Below, in pieces: positions 24,448 through 34,257 of a stretch of DNA of 64,000 bases. The notes under the pieces are model-generated. The model ran no database searches. It saw nothing but the letters and a program-made list of their open reading frames with translations, and was not told the DNA's origin. The translations under genes were made by a program, and so were the position numbers. The stretch is from NCBI RefSeq assembly GCF_001194135.2, contig NC_068981.1, positions 166,955,549 to 167,019,548 on the forward strand. Direction: 5' to 3'. How positions within the stretch are numbered: position 1 is the stretch's first letter; each line of letters opens with the position of its first letter. This DNA is from Octopus bimaculoides. Its lineage: Eukaryota.

Positions 24448-24459
24448 TAAAAGATCAAT

Positions 24460-25220
24460 CTGGTGGTGGGTTGTACCTTAGCAGGATCTATCAGTAATTT
24501 TATGTGATTTATTGTGTGGTGGAGTATACAGCGGATTTCTGATATGAGTAGGGAAAAACCAACAATTTGAATAGCTTGAGAATATTGGAAGTTTTCTGAA
24601 AGAGTTGGTTCTCTGTGACAGCAGAGATAAGATCTTGGCTCTTCTGTTAAGTGATCATGTTGCCTGTTTCAGAATTTGGAATTATTCAGTTAAGCATCAT
24701 TCACAGTCCCTGCTCTCTCAATCCATTATATTGCAGGCAATTCCATAATTTTTTGGGTATATTGTGCTAAAGAAGTAAAATTCACTCTTTCATCTTGGAT
24801 GAGTGTAAATGATGGTTGTATCTGATCTTGAAGCTGCTTGCAATAAGTTCTGGGTGTTATTTTTGCTATATATACCTCTACTCAGAGAGGCAAGATTTTT
24901 CAAGTGGACAATTTTGGAGTTTTCTGTAATTAAAAGCTGGCTATTGGGGGTGGGATTGGCTTGATGCGTGTTTGGGTAGGGTGTGAGATCTGGGAAGTCC
25001 GACTGTCCAGACAAAAGGTTGCTTTCATTTATTGGGGTTGAAAAGTTTTTAATATTTGCATGTATTGTTGGTAAATGAATTAATTGAGATAAGACTTTCC
25101 TATCTATGCTGGTGTAGGGAAGTATCCAATCATATAGGACTTTTTTTAAATTCAAGGTACTCTCAACAAATGTCCCTACACTAGAGCCCCAAACTAGATA
25201 AAGATGGAAGTTTATCAATG
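24460..25220 (-). mobile_element. Highly decayed Penelope-like element, N-terminal/RT-start region
   Basis: Broken frames give NLLQAASRSDTTII, IMD*E..C..CLTE and an NPP-like stretch, resembling PLE L..L.....IIIK.ADKG..VIMD..Y...C...L and ..KIHK..PGRPI. Similarity is weak. Confidence 0.35.
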
Positions 25221-25239
25221 TCCAACATGAACAACTATA

Positions 25240-25735
25240 CCAAAAATGAATTCAGAAAAGAACTGGTCTGAATAGTTAAGGAATACAGTTTGAGCATCAG
25301 CATTAAAACCAACCTAAGAATAATTAGTTTTTAAACATGACACTAAATCTGTTTATCCAGGATAAAATAATTTTGGATTCACTATACCTTAAAAAAATAC
25401 ATGATAATCATTATTGGAAGAATTTATTAATGTGCAACTACCACAGACTCTTCAACACTAATAATGTAAAAGTTAGATAGTGTTGTCAAGGCAGCATTGA
25501 TTCCCAGATTTCATACCACAAGCTAAGACACACACCTAACCAGCCAACACTCTAACAAAATAGGGTATGATGCAGTCTTCCACTGAATGATTTTAAACAA
25601 AGAATCAATCCACCGGCAGATTATATTCAACTTCACATCACCGGAAAATCCTCATATGATATAAAACTCTGAGTAAAGAGATAGTAAAGTCATCAGCAGT
25701 TTCCTAATGAATTAAAAAATTATCAAAAATATTTG
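25240..25735 (+). mobile_element. Highly decayed Penelope-like element, RT thumb/C-terminal linker
   Basis: FRKELV..KEYSLSISIKTNLRIISF (cf. PLE F...GL.I.I..N.K.V.FLDVTL.L) and HRQII-FN (cf. R.R.IIWFNPP). Confidence 0.45.
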
Positions 25736-25739
25736 TCTT

Positions 25740-25960
25740 TTTTGATTGTCTTTCTTTATCTTTCATTTTATCACTTTTTTCCTCTTATTTCTCACTCATA
25801 CACTCTTTCTTTTCCATTTCTATATATTTCTTTTCACTTTCTCTATTTTTCTCTCTTTCTGCCTTTCTTTTTATCTTTTGTCTTTTTCTTTTAACTTTTC
25901 TTTCTCTCTTCCCTTTATCTACCTTTTTTTCTCTTCTTCACTCTTTTTCTATTTTGTAAG
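25740..25960. repeat. Polypyrimidine low-complexity (T/C) tract
   Basis: Direct reading. Confidence 0.9.
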
Positions 25961-26744
25961 CCTCCAGTAGGAAGAGCAGTACCTATGATTTTTCTCAGGG
26001 TCTTGGAGGGAGAGAAGTGGTGGTGGTGGGGAGCAAGAAAATAAGGAGTGATCTGGTTTGAATGCTTTCAACCGAGTAGGATCCTTAAAGGCACCCAAGG
26101 TGGTGGTGCTTTATGAAACAACATATTTCCTTTATCTCAGAAACATTTCACAAAGAGGAATATATCAGTTTGTAAAGAAGAGGAACCTACTTGCTAGGAC
26201 TTTTCTGAGTTATTTTCTCTCTCTCCCTCTCTTTTGCTCCTCCCCTTCAACAACCAAATATACCTATACTCATGTACACACACACACACACACGCACACT
26301 ACTTACATGAAATATTAGTTACACTTGCTCGAGACCTGATTTAGAAAAATACATTAACATCAGCTCACATTTCTACTTTACGTCACAACAACCTCCTTTC
26401 CTCTCTATGCCTGCCTGTGTGTGAGTGTCAGTCTGTGTGTGTGTTTGTGTGTACTGTTATGTGTTTCTTGCTGTGTGCGTGTATTTGTTTACTTTTCTTA
26501 CGTATGTATTTAAGTATGAATGTGTATAATTGCATGCTTCTTTCTTGTTATGCTTTGTGTATGTGTGTGTCTGTGCATGCAGGCTAGCTTGTGTATGTAT
26601 ATGCTTGTTTATCGGTTTTTGTGTATATTTGTACCTACTTTCATTTATATATGTATCAATGTATGTAAATTTTCGTATGGGGTGGGGCAGGGTATGTGGG
26701 ATAAATAATGCACACGGTCATCTACTCTATCAGAATTGAAACAA

Positions 26745-27062
26745 TAAAATCAAACCTTAAGCAAGTGTCTTCTATAGCCTCGGGCTGACCAAAGCCATGG
26801 GAGTGTATTTGGTAGATTGAAACTGAAAGAAGGCTGTCATATATGTATGTGTGTGTGTGTGTGTTTGTTTGTCCACACACCAATAGACAATTGTTGGTGT
26901 GTTTATATCCCCATAACCTAGTGCTTTGGCAAAAGAGTCCAATAGAACATGTACTAGATTTTCAAAAGAGGGACCTGGGATCGATTTGTTCAACTAAAAC
27001 CCTTCAAGGCAGTGCCCCCAAAATGGCTACAGTCAGAAAACTGAAACAAGTAAGATAAAAGA
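26745..27062 (+). mobile_element. SINE family C
   Basis: gcaagtgtcttctatagcctcgggctgaccaaagcc... internal (TG)n ... ggcagtgccccaaaatggctacagtc..actgaaacaagtaaga tail. Confidence 0.8.
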
Positions 27063-27094
27063 CATACCTAGATATACACACACACACACATACA

Positions 27095-27210
27095 ATCAAA
27101 ATAAAGGAAAGGATATCAAGTAATGATGCAGTATGATCATTTCAAGTGGCTCGTACTGCATAACTACTAGATATCCTGTTGCTTATTTTGATTTTATTCA
27201 CCTTACTTTG
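27095..27210. repeat. Short palindromic relative of the 35123-35390 hammerhead element (ribozyme core deleted)
   Basis: Same outer arm start (atcaaaataa) and same downstream tail (ttattttgatttta.tcacctta.tttga). Lacks CTGAAGA and helix II. Confidence 0.7.
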
Positions 27211-27491
27211 AGCTAAGCAGATAATACCGGACTGACTTGGAGTTTAAAACATCAGTACCGAATTCAAAAGAATCTCAATTACTTCATGTATATATATATA
27301 TACACATGCATATATGTATATATATATATATACACATGCAAATATATATATATATATGTACATATATATATATATACATATGTATATATATNNNNNNNNN
27401 NNNNNNNNNNNNNNNNNNNNNNNNNNNNNNNNNNNNNNNNNNNNNNNNNNNNNNNNNNNNNNNNNNNNNNNNNNNNNNNNNNNNNNNNNNN

Positions 27492-27624
27492 TTCACCAGA
27501 GAAGGAAAAACAATTGAGTGTTAAGACGAGCTCAGCTAGGCAGAGGAGTGTATTAGTGCTGGGTTCAGGTACAGAACTACGGTCTAAGAAGTGTTTAAGT
27601 GCTAGTAGACCGTCATTGTGAGGT
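27492..27624 (-). mobile_element. Penelope-like element RT, continuation beyond the piggyBac insertion
   Basis: Encodes PHNDGLLALKHFLDRSSVPEPSTNTLLCLAELVLTLNCFSFSGE, the PLE RT segment after motif A. Runs into N-gap 27392-27491. Confidence 0.85.
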
Positions 27625-27628
27625 TTAA

Positions 27629-28995
27629 CCCTTTCGTTGCTAACCCGGCTGTAGCTGGCCGAAAATTTTTTTGGTTCATAAGACTAACCCGGCCGTAGCC
27701 GGCCGAGCATACCCATTGTTATTTAAATGTATATTTGAACCCAAATTTCGTTAGTACATTCGTTCAAACACCTGATTTCACTTTGCAAACAGTTGAGTTA
27801 TTGTCTCTGACATTATTTGGCGTGATATTTGAACTCAGTGAATTTTGGAAGATTTTTTTCCACATTTTTTGCGGCGTTAATTTTTTTCAACTTTGAAGAT
27901 GGAGAGGAGTTTCATGCTATCAAGCAGTGATTCCGAATTTGAAGGTTTTTCAACAGAAGATATGGAGATATCGAAGAAAAGAATGAATGAGCTACAAAAG
28001 CACGTGGTGAACGATAATNNNNNNNNNNNNNNNNNNNNNNNNNNNNNNNNNNNNNNNNNNNNNNNNNNNNNNNNNNNNNNNNNNNNNNNNNNNNNNNNNN
28101 NNNNNNNNNNNNNNNNNNNNNNNNNNNNNNNNNNNNNNNNNNNNNNNNNNNNNNNNNNNNNNNNNNNNNNNNNNNNNNNNNNNNNNNNNNNNNNNNNNNN
28201 NNNNNNNNNNNNNNNNNNNNNNNNNNNNNNNNNNNNNNNNNNNNNNNNNNNNNNNNNNNNNNNNNNNNNNNNNNNNNNNNNNNNNNNNNNNNNNNNNNNN
28301 NNNNNNNNNNNNNNNNNNNNNNNNNNNNNNNNNNNNNNNNNNNNNNNNNNNNNNNNNNNNNNNNNNNNNNNNNNNNNNNNNNNNNNNNNNNNNNNNNNNN
28401 NNNNNNNNNNNNNNNNNNNNNNNNNNNNNNNNNNNNNNNNNNNNNNNNNNNNNNNNNNNNNNNNNNNNNNNNNNNNNNNNNNNNNNNNNNNNNNNNNNNN
28501 NNNNNNNNNNNNNNNNNNNNNNNNNNNNNNNNNNNNNNNNNNNNNNNNNNNNNNNNNNNNNNNNNNNNNNNNNNNNNNNNNNNNNNNNNNNNNNNNNNNN
28601 NNNNNNNNNNNNNNNNNNNNNNNNNNNNNNNNNNNNNNNNNNNNNNNNNNNNNNNNNNNNNNNNNNNNNNNNNNNNNNNNNNNNNNNNNNNNNNNNNNNN
28701 NNNNNNNNNNNNNNNNNNNNNNNNNNNNNNNNNNNNNNNNNNNNNNNNNNNNNNNNNNNNNNNNNNNNNNNNNNNNACCCCCCATCCAGTACGTGGAGAA
28801 CTTAGAGACAAAAATTATGCAATAGAATTGATTAAGAACCCTTTCTTTAATTATGTTCCAAATATCACATTAATATGTTGATAAATAAAAAAGTTACAGG
28901 TGTTTAATGAGACTAGTCTAAATTCATGATTATTTTAGAATTTAATTGAAACTCATGAGGGGTGTATTTTGGCCAGAAATATAGTAACGAAAGGG
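27629..28995 (+). mobile_element. piggyBac-family DNA transposon (central part hidden by N-gap 28019-28776)
   Basis: TTAA|CCCTTTCGTTGCTA left end and TAGTAACGAAAGGG|TGAA right end (13/14 inverted match). 22-bp subterminal direct repeats at 27641-27662 and 27685-27706. ORF from ATG 27899 has an acidic MLSSSDSEFEGFSTEDMEI N-terminus. Confidence 0.8.
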
Positions 28996-29945
28996 TGAAA
29001 AGGAGTTTGGATTCACCAGGTGGAAAAGAGAATGCGTTGAAGAGGTGTAGTGCATGGTTAGTGTCTTTTATATGTGAAGGTAGAGCAGAGATGAGAAGGG
29101 AATAAAAGTTTGTCGAGGCAGGAAGATAAAAGTTCTGTGGGGCAGTTGCAAGCAGAGACAATAGGGCAGCCGGGATTATCTTATTTATGTATTTTATGGA
29201 CGAAATAGATCATGGAAGTTCAGGGTGTGGTGACAATGAGGTTGGTGGCAGTGAACCAGAAGAGATCAGTTGATGTACAGTGGTTGAAACATTCCTCTTG
29301 TAATGGTTGGTAAGATCATTTGGTATCTTCATGTAGTATCTGGGGTCGTTGAGTTGGCGGAAGGCTTCTCTTCTGCAAAAGTCGGCTCACCAAACAACAA
29401 CAGGCCCTTTGTTGGCTGGCTTGATAATAATGTCTCTACATTGGCGGAGCTTCCGGAGGGCGTCTAGTTCCGATGGGAGAAGGTTCGAAATCCTTGGTTT
29501 TCTATCAAAATTGAAAGCACTGAGGTCAAAACGGCATTTATTAATGAATATATCTACCGAACGGTGTAACCTTGGGTTTGGTGTCCAGCTGGAGAGACAT
29601 TTTTTGAGTGTAGTAAAGTCATCCTCAGTTGGAGAAATTGGGCTTCTGTTGTAGAAAAATGCCCTGAATTGGATCTGACAGAGGAAACTTTCTGTATCGG
29701 CGCATGTGTCAAATTCATTGGATGTGTTTTTGAGAGGGATGAAATTAAAACCTCTGCTAAGTAAAGCTTGTTCGGAATGAGTGAGAGGTAAATCACTCAG
29801 GATGGTATAGACAGTGGGGGTGTTGAAGAGGCAGGAGAAGTGGCATGGTGGGGGATGAATGAGTGAATTTTGCATGTCTTTTGTGCAGTAAGGAAGTCGT
29901 ACAGTTTGCTATTGAGGTGGCGTGTCTGAAGTAGTATAACCTGAA
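28996..29945 (-). mobile_element. Penelope-like element (PLE) ORF remnant, N-terminal domain and RT start
   Basis: LSDLPLTHSEQALLSRGFNFIP...SNLLPSELDALRKLRQCRDIIIKPANKGPVVVW, then KIHK*DNPGCPIVSACNCPTELLSS and LPSHIKDTNHALHLFN..KLLF in shifted frames. These are diagnostic PLE RT motifs, with several stops and frameshifts. Confidence 0.9.
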
Positions 29946-29949
29946 GTTG

Positions 29950-29963
29950 TATGTGTGCGTGTG

Positions 29964-30002
<39 letters not shown>

Positions 30003-30051
30003 ATGTATATATATGTGTGTATGTATGTATATGCATATCTATCTATCTATC

Positions 30052-30084
<33 letters not shown>

Positions 30085-30160
30085 GTATGTATTATGTATA
30101 TATATGTGTGTGTATGTATGTATATGCATGTCTATCTATCTATATATATATATATTTTAT
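29950..30160. repeat. Compound (TA)n/(TG)n/(TCTA)n microsatellite
   Basis: Direct reading. Confidence 0.95.
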
Positions 30161-30314
30161 ATGTATTTATTTTCTCTGAGTTAATAATTAACTCGGACAA
30201 AATAAATTGGTTAATAGATACCAGGGTAGCAAAGATCACAAAATGACTGTGGTGTAACTCCTGTTTATTAGGTAGAAACTCCTTGTTATTTTGGGTACTT
30301 GAGTAAATATATAT

Positions 30315-30562
30315 ATTTAGTAAATGGAGTAAAACACATATGTTAAATGAATTCTTTTATTTCCAACATATGTTTCGAAGATTACAAATTATACCTTCCA
30401 TAGGAATAGGTGATGTTGATAAGGATGTAATCTTCTCTTCAGGAGATTACATCCTTATCAACATCACCTATTCCTATGGAAGGTATAATTTGTAATCTTC
30501 GAAACATATGTTGGAAATAAAAGAATTCATTTAACATACGTGTTTTACTCCATTTACTAAAT
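30315..30562. repeat. Near-perfect inverted repeat: 119-bp arms (30315-30433, 30444-30562), 10-nt loop; PLE pseudo-LTR with inverted partial copy
   Basis: 1 mismatch (30338/30539). Lies upstream of the PLE ORF on its strand. Confidence 0.95.
30360..30443 (-). ncRNA. Type-I hammerhead ribozyme motif in the PLE pLTR
   Basis: Minus strand: CTGAAGA (30442-30436), GAAGATTAC...GTAATCTTC (9-bp helix II, 59 nt in total), GAAAC (30376-30372), ATAT, GTT, then GGAAATAAA. The helix I 5' strand is cut off by the inversion junction. Confidence 0.75.
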
Positions 30563-30599
30563 TTATATATATATGTATGTATGTACTTTAATTTAATCT

Positions 30600-31925
30600 A
30601 GTTTCAGCTCATGAGATGTGGCCATGCTGGGGCACCGCCATTTGGTGCTGTTACATAATTTTACTTCACTAATTCTTTTTAGAAATTGACGTTTGGTGCA
30701 TGAGGGAGTTTGATGCTGCTGCCCTCATTTGCACTTCCTGCTGTGAAGGTGGTCCATCTGGGACACTTGACAGTAAGAGATCTAGCTTCGTTTCAAAGAC
30801 AATTACATCCCCCCCATGGAGGTCTCTCTGGTCATTTGGGAGGATATTGAAGAGCTGTGGGCCTTTAAAGTCCAGGCTGTTACAATATCTTGTCCTATAT
30901 CTTGTCTCAAAATTTGTGACAAGTTACTCTAGGATCTTCCAGGTGTATATTATGGCATATCTTTCCCACCTAAGCTCTAAGGAATAGAGTCTCAATCTCT
31001 TGAGTCTTTCCCAGTTGCGTATATGTTTTATAGAGGCTGTCTTCATCATGCAGCTTCATTGGATTGCCTCAAGTTCTTCAGTTTTCTTGGAAGTTTTCCA
31101 GTTGCAAGGAAGCTCTGAAAGAGGGACTGCAGTGGTCTTGCTAGGACTCGCTTACATACTTTTAGAAGGATTGCTGGGAATCCATCAGTGCCAGTAGCTG
31201 AGTTTGGGTTCATTTCATCTATAGCCCTTATCATATCATCTTCCTTTATATTGATGTAATCAATTATCACTGCCTCTATTTTTATATCTGCAGTGGTGAA
31301 AAAGTCAGTTGGATTGCTGATTTGCAAGTGCTCTATGGGTGGAATGACAACACTTTTGAATTACTCATTTAGTATTTCACTAATCCTCTTTGGGTTTCTT
31401 GTGAGTGTACCATATTTTTTGAGGAATGGCCTTACCTTGCACTGAGGCGGTTTCTTTGGTAAATTTTTAGAAGGCTCTGGGGTTAGAGTTTATATTGTCT
31501 ATAGCCCAGGCTTCTTTGCCTGCTCTTTCTTTTTCATGGGAGAGTTGCAAATTTTTTCAGTCTCCAGCAGTTGTGTTTTCAGGCAGGATTTTTCACTACT
31601 TTTAGTTTGTTTGTTTAGGTGATTTGAAATTTTTGTTCTTGTGTACAGTGGCCTTTCTCTCTGGGACACATTTGTAGCATATGGCTTGCATTACAGACAT
31701 GAATTGTTGAAGTTTCATGTCGATGTCCAGTGAGGAGAGACATTTAGGCTAATTTTGTTTGAGAATCTCTTTCTCAATTTGTTTTCAGTTTGCCTTATGG
31801 AAGTTCAAACTGGAAAGATTCTGGGAGTTTCTTGTAGGCTGCATGTCCATGGTTTTCTTTGGTCTGTACATGGTCAGCTCTACCATGTTGTGATCTGATG
31901 AGAGGGCAGTCTTTCTGCTAGCACC
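30600..31925 (-). mobile_element. CR1/L2-like LINE, 5'-truncated and internally deleted (RT core missing)
   Basis: SDHNMVEL (end of the APE endonuclease), then PNSATGTDGFPAILLKVCKRVLARPLQSLFQSFLATGKLPRKL, fused at about 31075 to LEAIQ...WERLKRLRLYSLE.RWERYAIIYTWKILE...RAAASNSLMHQ. 3' tail ggcggtgccccagcatggccacatc. Confidence 0.85.
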
Positions 31926-32250
31926 TTGATAATATTTTCACATTTGATTCCCAATTGTAATAATTTTTATATTTTACGCCTAATTATTTCTTTGTATAAT
32001 AATGTTCACTTCTTAGTATATACTGCTATCATTATTTTATCACAGTCATAATCTCTCTCTTTTAAGCAAACATCACGGTAGTCCAACAACAGAGGGGAGG
32101 CAATTTATCAAGTTTTACCTTCCCCTCAAAGCAACATAGAGATTACAATTTAGCAGCTCATCTGTAAGTTTTGCAGTGTATGTGTGTGAGAGGGAGTGGT
32201 GGAGAAATAACGTTGCAAACAATGAATAAAATAAACATAAAATTATAATA

Positions 32251-32868
32251 GTGGAAGGAATCCTGGGTAGAGGGAGACCCAGGAAGACATGGGATGAGGT
32301 GGTGAAGCATGACTGTCGAATGTTGGGCCTCACAGAGGCTATGACAAAAGACCGAGACCGAGGGAGGTATGCTGTGACTGAGAAGACCCAGCAAATATAG
32401 TGAGTCCACAGCTGTAACCTACACCAATGTCGTATAACCAACCCACCTTGGATCGTAAGACGACATGTCATGCTTGAGGAGACCTATTGAGTCAAATACA
32501 TCAACAGCAATATCAAAATGAAATCAAATGGAAATTGTAGTTGTGACCGCCGTGCTGGTAGCACGTAAAAAGCACCATCTGAACATGGCTGATGCCAGTG
32601 CCGCTTTGACTGGCTTCCGTGCCAGTGGCATGTAAAAAGCACCATCCAATCATGGTTGATGCCAGCTCCTCTGGCCTCTGTGCCATTGGCATGTAAAAAG
32701 CACCCACTACACTCTCGGAGTGGTTGGTAATAGGAAGGACATCCAGCTGTAGAAACACTGCCAGATCAGATTGGGGCCTGGTGCAGCCTCCTAGCTTCCC
32801 AGACCCCAGTCGAACCATCCAACCCATGTCAGCATGGAAAACAGACGTTAAATGATGATGATGATGAT
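32251..32868 (+). mobile_element. RTE-clade LINE 3' end whose 3' UTR is the SINE family A body
   Basis: 32251-32400 encodes VEGILGRGRPRKTWDEVVKHDCRMLGLTEAMTKDRDRGRYAV* (GRPRKTW motif). Continues into the family A core and (GAT)n tail. Confidence 0.8.
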
Positions 32869-32898
32869 GAATATCCCAACTGTTGAAAATTTGTATCT

Positions 32899-32984
32899 TG
32901 CAACTGAAGAAGGCGCTGTATTTAAAATTGATGTAATACTTCCTTGTTCGATTAAATGGAGCTGCCTGAAACAGCCGTATTGCA
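32899..32984 (+). ncRNA. Complete type-I hammerhead ribozyme (Penelope-associated type)
   Basis: Helix I TGCAA (32899-32903)/TTGCA (32980-32984). CTGAAGA 32904-32910. Helix II AGGC/GCCT plus extension, 57 nt. GAAA 32968-32971. Helix III AC/GT with AGCC loop. GTA cleavage triplet 32977-32979. Confidence 0.85.
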
Positions 32985-33017
32985 TTAATACCTCCTTGAC
33001 ATTCTTGTTACTTGCTT

Positions 33018-33118
33018 TATATATATATATATATATGTATATATATACACACACACACACGCGTGCACACACACACACACACACACATATACATATATAT
33101 ATGTACACATATATATAT

Positions 33119-33158
<40 letters not shown>
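33018..33158. repeat. (TA)n/(CA)n microsatellite running into N-gap 33159-33552
   Basis: Direct reading. Confidence 0.95.
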
Positions 33159-33866
33159 NNNNNNNNNNNNNNNNNNNNNNNNNNNNNNNNNNNNNNNNNN
33201 NNNNNNNNNNNNNNNNNNNNNNNNNNNNNNNNNNNNNNNNNNNNNNNNNNNNNNNNNNNNNNNNNNNNNNNNNNNNNNNNNNNNNNNNNNNNNNNNNNNN
33301 NNNNNNNNNNNNNNNNNNNNNNNNNNNNNNNNNNNNNNNNNNNNNNNNNNNNNNNNNNNNNNNNNNNNNNNNNNNNNNNNNNNNNNNNNNNNNNNNNNNN
33401 NNNNNNNNNNNNNNNNNNNNNNNNNNNNNNNNNNNNNNNNNNNNNNNNNNNNNNNNNNNNNNNNNNNNNNNNNNNNNNNNNNNNNNNNNNNNNNNNNNNN
33501 NNNNNNNNNNNNNNNNNNNNNNNNNNNNNNNNNNNNNNNNNNNNNNNNNNNNATCTGGTAAAGTACAGAGCAAGAAAATTTTTACTTAAAATATAGCAAC
33601 TAAAGATAAAATTTCAAATAAAATATTTAGATTTAGAAAATATTAGCTTTTGTTAAAACTAAAAATTTTATTACAAGTTATTACTTGTATTTGTTATTAT
33701 TTGTTGCTTCTATTAAAAATAAAAGGTATCTCAATTAAATTATTTTTGGGACTTTAAAAAAATTAATTTTTCTAATTATTAATTAATAATTAGAAATTTG
33801 AAAATAGGTTATAAAAAATAATAGTAATACATAATTATGAGGTCATCAAGTATGAAATTTGTAGAA

Positions 33867-34235
33867 TTAGGTACTGCAATAGCCTAGGGTTCAGAGGACC
33901 ACAGCTCTCCAAAACAATTGAGAAACTTACACGATATACAGGTGGAAGTTTTTAAAAAGAAACTGGACACTCTCCTACCCACAATACCAGATGAACCAAT
34001 GGCTCAACATGAGGCACAGTTGAGGGCAGCAGAGTCAAATTCCCTCATACACTAGATGGGCCATCAACAGTTTTGATGGGATCACATCAGTCGGAGAAGA
34101 GGAACCATGGAAGGATTGTAGAGAGGATACAAATATAGAGAGTGAAAAAATCATGGTAGCACTCCAGCATGAACACAGTCACCTGGCTGAAAAACATAAA
34201 GGAATAAAAGAAAAAGCATAAAAGAATATGTATAA
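33867..34235 (+). mobile_element. 5'-truncated CR1/L2-like LINE 3' end with 19-bp TSD
   Basis: RYCNSLGFRGPQL...KKKLDTLLPTIPDEP...RAAESNSLIH, same family as 30600-31925. TSD AAGTATGAAATTTGTAGAA at 33848-33866 and 34236-34254. Confidence 0.85.
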
Positions 34236-34257
34236 AAGTATGAAATTTGTAGAAAAG

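Noticed and set aside
25746-25970. Phe/Leu/Ser-rich membrane-like ORF
   Set aside because: Translation of a polypyrimidine low-complexity tract.
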